Positions 11,023 through 22,899 of a stretch of 64,000 bases of DNA are shown piece after piece. Source of the stretch: Yuukianura sp. NJ FZ-2021. Taxonomy: Eukaryota. Made by a program: the position numbers and the translations under genes. The stretch covers positions 124,001 through 188,000 of the forward strand of contig CM102283.1 of NCBI GenBank assembly GCA_046563655.1, read 5' to 3'. Under the pieces are notes generated by a model, which saw only the letters and a list, made by a program, of their open reading frames with translations, was not told the DNA's origin and did not search any database. Numbering within the stretch: position 1 is the first letter of the stretch; each line of letters starts with the position of its first letter.

Positions 11023-14000
11023 TTGCTGATATCCTCCGAAGGCACTTCGTATAGTGATCAACTCGTGACAGGTTTCAAGAAAATACGTTACCACTTCAGC
11101 CTGTCCGGACCTGTTTTGTCACTTGGACGTCCAGTCACCGTCAACTGTCAAAGTTTTCAACAACAGCGGATCCTTCAACTCATCCCCATAGCAACTAATA
11201 TGGCTCAACGAAAATTGAAAAATCAAAGCAAAATGAAATCAACATCTATTTCCATAACTCCAGCTCCTGATTCTTCATCTGTGCAAACAATGTACAACAG
11301 TTTTTCAATAGCCGTTTCATCTAACGAAAACGCTTACAAAACCTCATCAACTCAAGCAGCCGTAGAATTCGCATCTAAAGTGTCAGCAGCTCCAGTTCAG
11401 AATGAAGTTTCTTCACCAGTTACTGCGTCAAATGGCTTCGGTTCCGACATCGTATCAGTTCCAGCTTCAAGTTCCTCCGGGTCCCATATTACATCAGTTC
11501 CAGCATCAAGTGATTCCGTTCCATCTTCAAATGACTATGGTTCCTGTATTGAATCAGTTCCAGCTTCAAATGACTATGGTTCCTGTATTGAATCAGTTCC
11601 AGCTTCAAATCACTATGGTTCCTGTATTGAATCAGTTCCATCTTCAAATGACTATGGTTCCTGTATTGAATCAGTTCCAGCTTCAAATGACTTTAGTTCC
11701 TGTATTGAATCAGTTCCAGCTTCAAGTTCCTCCGGGTCCCAAATTACATCAGTTCCCGCTTCAAATGACCCCGGTTCCTGTATTGAATCAGCTCCAACTT
11801 CAAAGGAGTCAGTTCCAGTTTCAAATGACTCCGGTTCCTGTATTGAATCAGTTTCAGCTTCAAATGACTTAGGCTCCTGTATTGTACCAGCCCCAGCATC
11901 AAATGACTTCGGTTGCCGTACTGCATCAGCTCCAATCACTGTTATTGCTTCAAGTTCATCCTCAATCCCAACTACCAATCAACACGTTTCCAGTCCTCCT
12001 TCTCTCACTAGAACACTCCAGAATCGCAAAATAACAGATGAATGGATTGCCAATAACATCATTTCGTCCGCCAGTGGCTCAATTCGAAAATTAGACGTCA
12101 AATCCAACTACCATCAATTTTGCAACTCTCTCAACATTCGCCCAGTCGTTGACACCACCTTCGGTACCAAACTACGAAAGTTATTCCCTTCGATGTCCAC
12201 AGTTCGTGCCGGAGGTCGCCGTCATTCCGAACAGTCATACTCTGGCATTGCTTGGAAGGATGTTTGCTCTTCGCCTGCTCGCAATTCCACAGAAGAAGAC
12301 CTAGGAAGCATCCTCGCAAAACTCAAACAATCCACACACACGATGAAGCACGTTCCTAAAGGAGCCAGGATCACTGCCGCGTCCAGGCTTTCAGACTTCA
12401 TTGATGAAGTGACTTCAACTAATTCCGTCGAGTCATGGTCAAACCTTTTGCTTTTCCCATTCTTCGCGTTTCGTCTACCTAAGAAGGCCGACCGTGTCAC
12501 CAACCTCACCTCCTGGGTAAAATCCTATATCTGCACCTTGTCACTTTCTTCGGCTCTCAACGTTTCAACGTTAATCTTGGAAACTTCAAGCACTCCACAA
12601 TCAAATTCAGCTATTCAGTCCAACATTATTCAATCTAAACTTGCTGATGGAGACATTCACGGTGCAGTTCGTATTTTATGTTCCGATGACTCAATGGCCA
12701 ATGAAGATTCTTCTACATTAGACGCTCTTGAAAGATTACATCCTCCTCATCCAATACCACTCCAGTTTCCAGATCGTCAACAATCACCTGAAGTTATCTT
12801 CGACGAACTCGAACTGCTAAAATCAATCTCTTCTTTTCCAAATGTTTCGGCCGGAGGTCTCGACTCTCTGCGACCTCAAGTTTTGAAAGAGCTAACTTCA
12901 AAAATTACTGGCGATTCCGGTCAAAAACTTCTGTCTTCCATAACGAAACTTGCAAACCTCATCATTAATAACACCATCCCTGAAGTAATCCGTCTGATCT
13001 TCTACGGTGCCTCTTTAATTGCACTCCAGAAAAAAAAGGTGGGATCCGCACTATCGCGATTGGATTGACCTGGCGCCGGATAGCATCAAAGCTTGTCTTA
13101 TCGAGATCAATGAAAGACATCGTCTCTTACCTAAGCCCGGTGCAAATTGGTGTAGGAGTCAACAACGGTACTGAAGCTGCAGCCCACGCCGCTAGGATCT
13201 ACGTCAATTCTCCACATTCTTCCAGTAAGGTCATGGTCAAGATTGATTTCAAGAACGCCTTTAACCTCATCAGAAAAGATCAAATGTTAGATTCTGTTAA
13301 ATCTCTCATTCCTGACTTCTATAACTTCATCCATCAAGCTTATTCATCCGACTCGAATTTATTTTACGGTTCTTCCAAAATCAAATCGAGCCTTGGAGTC
13401 CAGCGAGGCGATCCGATCGGTCCCGCCCTCTTCGCCATCACCATCCAGCCACTGGCAACAGCAATCCAGTCGGAGTTTAACGTATGGTATCTTGACGACG
13501 CAACCATAGCCGACAAGCCGGAAACAGTCCTGAAGTATCTGCAACATATCACCACCAACGCAGCTTCTTTTGGCCTACAACTTAACACACAGAAATGTGA
13601 GATTATCGTCATCGGTGGCGATGAAATGGAGTCCAGAGCCATCACTAGCTCATTTCTTTTGTTCGCACCTGATATACGTGTATGCAACGAAGAAGACGCT
13701 GAACTACTCGGAGCCCCATTATCCAAAGCTTCTGGACGACGAATCTTGAAGATGAAGATCGACGATTTCGAAAAACTTTCGTCTAAGCTGCTAGCTCTTC
13801 CGTCTCACGTGGCTTTTTTCTTACTCAGGGCTTCAATTTCGATTCCTAGACTGACATACTTCCTTCGCTGCGCACCATCATTTCTTGAAGAAGATCTACT
13901 GAAGGACTACGATGATTCTCTTCGTAAAGTTTTGGAAAAAATTCTCAACATAAGCCTTTCTGAAAATGCCTGGACTCACACATCTCTGCCGGTAGCACAA

Positions 14001-14987
14001 GGATGTTTGGGAATCCGCCAAGCTAACGATTGCGCTACGCTCTGTTTTCTGGCTTCAATCTTTAGCTGCGCCGACCTAATCACCTCCTTCCTACCCGGTA
14101 ACCTATCGCCTTTCGATGCATCGTACGACTTAGCAACATTCATATGGTCCAACGACGATTTTGATTTTCCATCTAATCACAAAGTTCAGAAGGAATGGGA
14201 GAAACTAAAGTCATCAAAAATTTACACTAGTCTGCTCAACAACTCCACCACTTTGACTGACAAAGCAAGACTAATTGCTGCCGCTGCTGCTCATTCCGGT
14301 GATTGGCTGAAGGCCCTACCCTCTTCACAACTGGGGACTCTTCTATCCAACGAATACTTCAGAATTTCGTGTTCCTTGCGACTTGGCACCAAATTATGTC
14401 TACCCCACCAATGTCGCTGTGGTGCAACTGTTAACGAAGACGGTCTTCACGGGCTGAGTTGTCCGGAAAGTGCAGGAAGACACTCAAGACATGGTTCAAT
14501 CAACGATATTATTGCTAAAGCCTTTCAAACAGCCGGAGTTCCTAGCCTGAAAGAACCTCCAGGTTGTTCTCGTTCGGATGGAAAACGCCCAGACGGCATC
14601 ACTTTGATACCTTGGAATACTGGACGTTGTTTGGTGTGGGACGTCACTTGCCGCGACACTTACGCCAACTCGTACCTTTCCATCTCCTCTTCTTCAAGTG
14701 GCTATCCTGCCGCTTTGGCTGAAATCCAGAAACACAAAGTGTATCAAGACCTAAATCATCAATTCATCGTCTCCATCATTGCTGTTGAAACTTCGGGGGT
14801 CTTCGGAGCCGAAGGACTAATTCTCATCAGGTCAATTGGTCAACGTCTTGCCGAGGTCACCGGTGAACTCCGATCCACCAATTTTTTACTTCAACGGATT
14901 AGCATCGCCATTCAACGTGGCAACTCCGCATCAATCCTTGGCACTCTTCCCCCTGGGAAAGGATTGGACGAAATTTTTTACCTCTAA
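11023..14987 (+). CDS. CRE polyprotein: repeat region, RFX-like domain, RT, CCHC finger, RLE endonuclease; frameshift in A-run at ~13030-13038
   Basis: KKGGIRTIAIGLTWRR restored across the frameshift; IDFKNAFN, GVQRGDPIGP, WYLDD; CRCG...HGLSC...RH; RPDG...WDVT. Confidence 0.9.
11440..11930 (+). repeat. 39-bp coding tandem repeat (SVPASNDYGSCIE), ~12 degenerate units
   Basis: Repeated tcagttccagcttcaaatgactatggttcctgtattgaa. Confidence 0.95.
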
Positions 14988-15242
14988 CTTTTCTCAATAC
15001 ATACTCTAAACCTTTTCAACCTGCCTTATGGCAGGTCCTTGTGAATTAAAGAATTACGAACAAAATAAAAAAAAAAATAAAAATAAATTTGAATTTTTCG
15101 AAAATTTTGTGATCTAAAATTTTATTATAATCACTTTACGTTTTAATATTTATTCCATTATTATTACTATTTTTTTTTGACACTAACATTTAACATAACT
15201 GCAATATTTAAGAGATGCTATACAATTGCTTTTACAACGTTT

Positions 15243-16024
15243 TCACGCTTCATCCAGCGCTGAAGAGCTTTCTGACGATAATGCACTTTGGCATTTACAA
15301 ACCAATTTGTGACATTTCTTGAATTTTTTTCGGCTGCGAATCCAGCGTTGAAGTTTTTGTTTTTTGCTTTTGTATGCATCTAAAGCGTTTTTCTTGTCTT
15401 GAACATCCCACAAATCATTTTCCTCTTTCCGTGTCCGGTCAATTAACTCTTCTAGCATTTGGTTGTCGCCAGCGCCATTGAATATACTCCACAAGTGATA
15501 TATAGTCTCGAATGTTTCAACTCTCCCAAAAGCATTGACATATCGACGTTTTGCTTCTACATAGATGTCATCAAAACCAACTCGACGCTGGAAGTCGAGT
15601 TTGTTTGTCATCAGCAGCTGCACCTCAACTGTATACCTCCGGAACAGTTCATAGTCGAGCTTAACTACCTCAGACTGCGCGAGTTCGGCTATAAAGCTTT
15701 CAACTGTTAGAACTCGTCCAATTGGAAAATTCTTCAACTTGTTCAATACACGCAAAAAGGGTTCTCGCCCCGTGAGCTGATTTCCAGATTTGAACTCGAT
15801 CACATACTTTGCGTAAGGAGAAACTTTTTGTAGAAACTCAAAATTTTAGGCTTTAGCAAACTTGAGAACTGTGGAAACGCTTTGATGAGTTGTGCTCCAC
15901 TAATCGCGTCCAGATTTGAAAAAATTTCAACATACACCAAATAGGGGAGTCGTTCAAAGTCGAATAATTCAGTACATTGACGCTTTGACTCAGTAGTAAT
16001 CGGAGGCGCTGTACGCTTCGACAT
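15243..16024 (-). pseudogene. Inverted copy of the F-box-like gene (right arm of element A), frameshifted
   Basis: Near-identical to 8523-9311, with a 6-bp deletion and a 1-bp loss in an A-run splitting it into 74 + 186 aa. Confidence 0.85.
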
Positions 16025-17229
16025 TTTGACAATAAATTCTATTACCCTGAAAAGTGCTTGCTGATTTGAGAACTGATACTTTCTAGCTTCAAAGCTCTCT
16101 GTTTAAGTAGCACTCAAAACAATGTTTCAATGCTATTTTTAAAAATTTTCAAAAACGTTTTTCTTGAGAAAAGTTGTTTTGAAAAGAACGTTTTAAGGAA
16201 AACGTTTTTTTTTGATGTTGATATTTTTGTCAATGTTTTGTCGTTGGGAACTTTTTAGATTTTGAGGGACCCTTTTCCCCTCCCCAATATTGCGCCCGAC
16301 TAGCCCCAGCGGCTGAGCTAAAAATAAATGAGGTAAATCTCCGATCCTACACTCTACTCCTATCCTTACGTTTATTCTCGGGCCCTTGGCAGTTCCACCT
16401 TAGAAGGGGGTTTCTTCCCTTCCAAGGGCCGACCGGTCACTCAAGGTCACGACTTGACCCCTTTTACATCTGGTAGTATTAGAATGAAGGTGGCCTCAGT
16501 TGATCAGCTACTCCAGCCTGTTGTTGATTTCGAGTACTCCAGCCCGAAAATCCAGATTCCCGCACCCCAGTGCCGCACCAAACCAACTCCACACGAACCA
16601 ACCAGTACTTACTACCAATAATTCATGCCGCGGTACACAGCAATTTAAGGGGTCACCAACCCCGTGACATGAGACTGAGATGTTGTGAGTTCAATTCCAA
16701 ACAACCAAAAGAGAAACGCGCCGCGCCGCTTTACCGCGCTCAAATCGTAAGGTTAATGTGAAAAACCAATGTGCAAAACCAAATGAGAAAACTCTAATTG
16801 AAAACCAGTAACGGAGAGAATCCACAGCAGCAGGCGGGTATCCCGACCACATCTGCCCATCCACCAGCCATCATTCCTTGAGTGCATGGAAGAGAGCCTC
16901 TACCTGCCTTCTCCCATGGAAAAGGCCCCCTCAACCATGTACTCCTTTCCTTATTTAAAACAACAGAAGAAACAGCAGCTGATACTAAATGACCTTAGTA
17001 CTAATCAACTTTCTTGTGGGAGTTGATTAGTACTAAGTTTGAGTTAATCGGAGTTCCCTAACTTTAGTTAAAATTCAATTAATTAGTTGTGGTTGAGTTT
17101 GTGTTTTTTCCTGGCTTTAGTCCTGGTAGTGAAAAGAAGAAAAGTGGCAGAGGTGTCCCCACAGTACCAATAGAGGGCGCGCGCTTCTCCCTTTCTTATG
17201 AACATGACGCTATTTTTGTAGTCTCACAA

Positions 17230-17531
17230 CTGGAAGAACGAGGGGAACAAAGTTCGTGCCATGATTCGCACCTTTGGAATTGCTACTTTGTTTGTGACCA
17301 TTAGTGCTGCAGAGTTGAAGTGGAACGAGCTCCTGGTGTTGTTGAAAGAATTCTTGATTCGAAATTTCTGAACAGGAGGCTCAGCAGTTACCTAACTCTG
17401 AGAAGGCAATTTTAATCCAGAGAGATCCGATCACTTGCGCCCGTTAGTTTGACAACCGTTACTCTGCGCTGAAGACGACTTCATCGCTCCCGAAATGGAC
17501 CTTTTGGTAATCGTGAAATCCGACACTTCTA
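17230..17531 (+). pseudogene. Helentron Rep, motif 1 segment
   Basis: WKNEGNKVRAMIRTFGIATLFVTISAAELKWNEL...DPITCAR*FD. Confidence 0.85.
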
Positions 17532-18261
17532 AGTTAGTAGACAATGCGAATCATCCGCTTCCTATTATTGATTTTTCTGGATCGATCAATACCTTATTGT
17601 TTCATCCCCTTGTGTCATTATGTTCTTTTCCTTACCCCCCCCCCCGTCGCCGTCGGCCGCCGCCGCTCTCGTGTGGATAGCGGAATGGTGTGGCGTCCTT
17701 TTTCGGACGTTGTTGACGCAGTTTGTGATTGGTTGGGAGGGGAGGAGTTTAGAACTTTTTTGGTGGGAAATTTAGAAAACGTTTTCTTTCTGGTCATTTT
17801 GGCGCGAGTTTGGAAAAACGTTTTTTGTCCGTTTTCTCATGCTTTCGTCATAGAGTTGTAGATGGCGCTGTGGTTGGTTCAGTTTTTTTGGATTGTGAGT
17901 GATATATCTCGTAGCGAATGGAGCCCCTTTATCAGGTGGAGCCGTTATAACAGATGGATTATATGTTTAAAGTGTGGGGAATATTTTTGTTCAGTATGGA
18001 ATGTTTTTAAACTATGGGGAACACTTTACTCTATAGGGCTGAACGTGGAAATGTAGGGAAGGTTTTTGTAGTGTGGGGAAGATTTTTTATTACATAGGGG
18101 CTGGAAATGAGTATATAGGGCGTTTTTTAATAGTGTAGGGGCTGAATATTTTTATACAGGGAAGGTTTTTGAAGTATAAGGAGTCTCGTTATTATTTCTT
18201 TTATCTCGTGAGCGTTTTGGAATTCGCACTCAGTCGAATAAGGAAAACTCACCAGAGAACA

Positions 18262-18948
18262 ATGGCACTGCTATTGTTTCCATTGGTCCTTTTGTTCATC
18301 GTCACAACTGCAGCTACAGGTATTTGCTCTAAAAAGTTAAAACTTTGGATTTTTTTTAAATTTAAAACATGTTTAGATTTCAACGGCTCACAAACGGAAC
18401 TCGTGAATTTGTGCGGAAGGTGCACAAATAGAGGTCATGTCTTTGTCAAGGCTTGGAATCTTTACAGCAGTCAACACTTTGTGTGTAGTGATAATTTGAG
18501 AAATCCGGGATTAATTTTCATGGACTATGTCAAAAACAGCAGAGGGTGCGAAAAGATAAAGGATGAAATGAATGGAGTAATTTTTGGAAGTCATTGGCCA
18601 GACAAGTTTGGGTCAAACGGGACAGCCCTTCGAGATTTATCAAGGGTAATCAAGGCGGTGGCGGGGGACAAAAGATCCTCTTACCCTCCGTCTCCCCTCT
18701 ACTACTACTCGATCGGTAATTACACAAAGCCCCTTGTCCACTTCCCTTCCATTCAGAATCAACTTGAAATCACTTTGTTTTGTCAAGGTCTCGGAGTAAC
18801 ATCAGTTCTTTTGCTATTGGCTCAATTGTCAATTGTGTTGTGGAAAAGTTACCCCTATTGTAGTGAATGCAGCGCAGACTTGAGCACGTCGAGAAGATTC
18901 GGAATCTACATTCGCCGTCAACAGAAAGTTTTTCCAAGTTCCTCTTGA
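18262..18948 (+). CDS. Predicted type I membrane glycoprotein (probable intron 18320-18376)
   Basis: Signal-like MALLLFPLVLLFIVTTAAT; Cys-containing ectodomain with NGS/NGT/NYT sequons; hydrophobic ITLFCQGLGVTSVLLLLAQLSIVLW; short tail with CSEC. An AT-rich in-frame GT..AG 57-nt segment follows the signal peptide. Confidence 0.65.
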   Translation: MALLLFPLVLLFIVTTAATGICSKKLKLWIFFKFKTCLDFNGSQTELVNLCGRCTNRGHVFVKAWNLYSSQHFVCSDNLRNPGLIFMDYVKNSRGCEKIKDEMNGVIFGSHWPDKFGSNGTALRDLSRVIKAVAGDKRSSYPPSPLYYYSIGNYTKPLVHFPSIQNQLEITLFCQGLGVTSVLLLLAQLSIVLWKSYPYCSECSADLSTSRRFGIYIRRQQKVFPSSS

Positions 18949-18967
18949 TCATTCGGCACAATCCAAT

Positions 18968-21900
18968 ATGACTTCGACTAGTCCATCCCCAAAGCAACAT
19001 CAACGCTTCTTTATGCCCACTGTCGTAAGTACTCTACTTTTTTAGAACCTTACGAAATTTCAATGAAGTTGAGTAGCTTATTCTGGTGAATTCTATAGAT
19101 CAAGTGTGGATACAACGGGCCAGACGGAAATTGCACCTTTCAATGCAACAGATATAGAAATATGGCGATACACTCTGAAGTGGTAAGCCTAAAATTGTAT
19201 TTAAAACGCCGCCTGAGATTTTTAAAATTATATCTCAATAAATTGCAGACTCATCTTTGCGAGTGGTGTGGCAAGTCATTCTACTCTTTGTCAACACATA
19301 CAAACAACTGTATGCAGAGGGGAAGGGGTCAGCGACGATTCGTCCTAGGCAGCGCTGCAGCAGCATCAATTTTACCATACCAAGAGGCAAGATTCGCTTT
19401 GAGAGGTTCCCTCATCATCTATACTGCTCCCATTGGAAATGACGCAGAATGTATGATTAGTAAGGCATTTGAGAGTCTCTACTTTCCAACCCGCTCACTC
19501 CTCAAGGAAGCAATAGCTTTTTTTTCGGGAATTAAAGTTAGCTTTAGGATACTAGTTCATATGATTGAAGTCAAATATAATGTAGAACATGAAAATGATG
19601 TTGTCGGTTCTCCGTTTGTCCCTTTGACTCACATTGGCTTTTTTGATGCAACGCTACTAAATGCGTGCAATTTTATAATTAGTAGCATCAACTTGTACTT
19701 GAGAAACTCTTCAGACTGGCAAATTGTCCGACTAAAAGAGTTGCAAGTTCACATTGGTGAATATGTTCCCATTAGAGGGCGCGCCTACGTAAAGACTCCC
19801 CCAGAACTCGCGAGACGGCAGGGGCTAATTTCCATTAGAGCTGTGACAAACTGCTTTCGCTATAGCTTACTTTGCGCTCTATATGGAGACGAAATATTAG
19901 AGGCAGGCATGGCAAAACGAATGAAGTTAGGCTACAAAGATAATGAAAAAGGAAAAGCTACTAGAGCAGTTTTGGAAAATCCAATGTCATATGTTGACTT
20001 TTTGCACTGGATCGATTTAGGCTTTCTTGGACATGACGAAGGGGTGTCGCTACAAGAAATTGATTTGATTGAAGATGTGTTCACTACTGTTTCTATCACA
20101 GTCTATGGCCACTCCGGCAAAGAAACGATCGTACTACGCGCCGCAAAAGAAAAACGGCCTAGCCATGTTAACCTATTACTTATCAAGCATTTAGAACAAG
20201 AACTTTACCATTACATATGCATAAGAGACTTTTCAGCGTTTCAAGGGGTACGCAACGAGGAGCGTCACGAATTCTGTGCATTGTGCCAGAAGCGTTTTGA
20301 TAGCAGGTCAAAATCAAAAGAAAGTCACAAGTGTGGGGGAGATTCTGTCTTTGTCAGAGCTCCCAAAAAGCCCACGGTCAAGTTTTCCAGATTCGATTCA
20401 CTGTTGTATGCCCCATTTGTCATTTATTTCAAATTCTTTTATTTGAGAATTGGGCATCCCCATTTGCAGCTTAGCCCCGCAACGGGGGGTGAGAGGGTAA
20501 CCGAGGAAAGGGTCCCTTTTGCCTATTGTGTGATCGCAGTGGAGGAAGGAGGGAGAGCAGAAAGGTTCTCGTACCAAGGAGAAGATTGTGTAGAGCACTT
20601 TTTCACAACCCTTCTCGACTTGAGGAAAAACAAAATTAGAACTGTAAACAAAACAAACAGGTTTGTGAACCCAGACGAAGAGACCCTTCGCAGTTTCCAC
20701 GCGACAATGGATTGTCAAGTTTGCGGGGAGCCTTTTTCCGATGAAAAGAATAGGTTAAGGACTTTTCACCACGATCATTGGAGCGGCCTCGCGCTGCAGG
20801 TGGTCTGTACTACCTGTAACTTGGCTATTCGACCTAAACTCTCGATTGCTGCCCTGACTTTGTGTGAAGATCGCAACGAATTTAAATTTTTACTTCAAAA
20901 ATATCGTCCAAAACATGCTACCATCGAACCAATTCGTAGAAAATCTGGAGAATACATTGGGCTAAAATTCAAGGGCCAGCACTCGTATCCAAAATTTAAC
21001 ATGAACTATTCCGTGAGAATGATGGATGTGGGAAATTTCAGACCAGATACAAAGCTCGCTCAGCTAGTTTCAGAAATGACACGTTCCGAAACAGGATTTA
21101 GAGTTTTTAAGCAAATGTTTGGCAGAGATGCAGTACCATCTGAATATGTTATTCAGGATCCAAACTTTTATCCAGTGTTTCAAACTGTGACAGATTTTGT
21201 AGACAAACAGTCACATCCTTTAAAACCCAATCCAGAAACCGTGAGTGAAGTTCCGCTTCTGCGACAGGAAATTTCAAATATTGATTTTATTAGGCATATT
21301 TGCAACGCCGAGACGGCACTGATTGCAGACATTTTTGAAGAAATTAGAATTTCATTTTTTAGCGAGTACAAGTTGGACGTGGCTTCTTATTGGAGCATAT
21401 CTTCGTATGCAAAAGAAGCCGCTCTGTTGTGGGAAAGAGTTGAACTAGAACCAGTCACTTCTCCTGAAATTGCCGAACTAATTAAAAAGGGAACCTTCGG
21501 TGGTGTGATTCAAACGACCAAACTAAAGTCAATTGCAAATAGTGAGGGAAATTCAAATTTTGACCCCTCGATCCCCCCAAAAGAGATTTGCTATGCAGAC
21601 ATTTCGACGTCTTATGGTAGCAGACTACTCGAGCGTTTGCCTGGAAGAGACATTCAGATGATGACAGAAGATGAATTGAACTCAATTGTGTTTGAAAATA
21701 TTGACTTGGAAGGGGAGTGGGGGTACCTGTTTTGTGTAGACTTGGACTATGAATCAGATTCTCTCAGGAATTACATTAGTGAATTTCCATTTCCTCCTGA
21801 ACGTAGGACCATGAAATCAGAGGCAATGTCTAGCATGCAGTTAGAAGGTTTGGAAGAGAGGAGGAAAAAATTTATAGAATGTGAACGTGTTCTTTTGACC

Positions 21901-22899
21901 TTATATAAAAAGATTGCACAAGTTTATTACTTTAAATTTTTAGTTTGGATGGTGCAGCACGGAGCGGTAGTAACTAGGCGACACAGTGGCGTCAAGTTTC
22001 GTATGCAAAAATTGTTTAGTTCTTTTGCAAAATTCAATATTGAAACTCGTGGTTCATCCCCTTGTGAGTTGATTAGACAACTAAAAAAGAGCATGAACAA
22101 CAACTTGGTTGGCAAGCTACAAACTGTCAATTCAGATTACCCCAATGTAAAGTTTATAGGGACCTCAGTAGAGGCAATAGAGTTACTTAAAAAACCAAAC
22201 TTTAAATCTTTTGACATAATCGATGAGAATATGGCACTGTTTGAAAGTGCAAAAGAGGTTGCAGTCGACACAAACTTAAAACTAATTGCGCTTGCAGTAA
22301 TGTCAGACGCAAAACAAAGACTTTATGAGTTATTTTGGGATCATTTGAAAGTCAAGTTTGGATCCGACGTCTCTCACTGTTATAGTCACACAGACTCTAT
22401 CATTTTTGAAGTTACACTTCCAAGAAAAGACGTTTTGTTGGGCTTGAAGGATTTGGGAAATGTGTTTGACTTTTCAAATTTGAACAAAGATCATTTCCTT
22501 TACAGTGAAATGAACAAGGGTGTGCCAGGGGTTCTCAAACTTCAGGGTGATCGATACTTAGAGTATTATTCCGCGGGTACGGCCCAATACTCTCTACTGT
22601 CTGACCCTCTATCCAACGGAGGGGATTGTGGGGAAACAATAAAGGCCAGCGGAATCCCTCGTAAGGAGGCGGCAAACCTCAGACACGCAGATTTCAAAAG
22701 GATCGTCGATGAGGATGGACTTTCAGAAAAAGTCAAAATAAAAAGGGTGAAAGTGACAGAAGATACAGTTTTGTCGGTGGAATCTGAAAGGTCGGGATTG
22801 GGGTTCATAACCTTTGGGCGGTATTTCATTTCAGATACCAAATCTCTCCCATTTGGTGATCGGAGAATCGACAACATGCAAAACTGTATTTCAATTTAA
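18968..22899 (+). CDS. polB: Polinton-type protein-primed family B DNA polymerase with N-terminal zinc fingers and degenerate catalytic motifs (predicted introns 19025-19098, 19183-19248)
   Basis: 1245 aa ORF with EndoVII-like Zn module (CQVC...HHDHWSG...CTTCN), ELEPVT..GTFGG, YADISTSYG, GYLFCVDLDY, KKSMNNNLVGK, YSHTDS, KGVPGVLK, SLPFGD. Splicing restores a C2H2 finger. Confidence 0.88.

Larger units (their letters stand above)
10897..15081 (+). mobile_element. CRE-clade non-LTR retrotransposon (RT + restriction-like endonuclease)
   Basis: 13 bp TSD AATAAATTTGAAT (10884-10896 and 15082-15094; the empty site is visible in the opposite arm of element A), A-rich 3' tail, single frameshifted ORF. 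Confidence 0.9.
8191..16358. mobile_element. Element A: palindromic non-autonomous Polinton/Maverick-like element (~4 kb excluding the CRE insert)
   Basis: Termini AGTAGAGTGTAGG...CCTACACTCTACT. TSD CCTAT at 8186-8190 and 16359-16363. Arms of ~1.58 kb (8191-~9769 versus ~10587-10896 + 15082-16358). Packaging-ATPase fragment in the centre. Confidence 0.85.
5486..17229 (-). mobile_element. Non-autonomous gypsy-like LTR element (gag only, ~2 kb internal region); 5' LTR interrupted by element A
   Basis: 3' LTR 5486-6128 (left-truncated) matches 16700-17229. Polypurine tract GAGGGGGGA abuts 6128. PBS TGGGGCTCAGACGGG (tRNA-Pro-like) at 8104-8090. 5' LTR = 8105-8190 + 16364-17229. Confidence 0.85.

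Noticed and set aside
11402-11978. Alternative-frame and antisense ORFs over the CRE repeat
   Set aside because: Shadows of the 39-bp tandem repeat.
17495-18056. ORFs inside the element B TIRs, mirrored at 23401-24068
   Set aside because: Frames differ between the two TIR copies because of indels, and there are no recognisable motifs.
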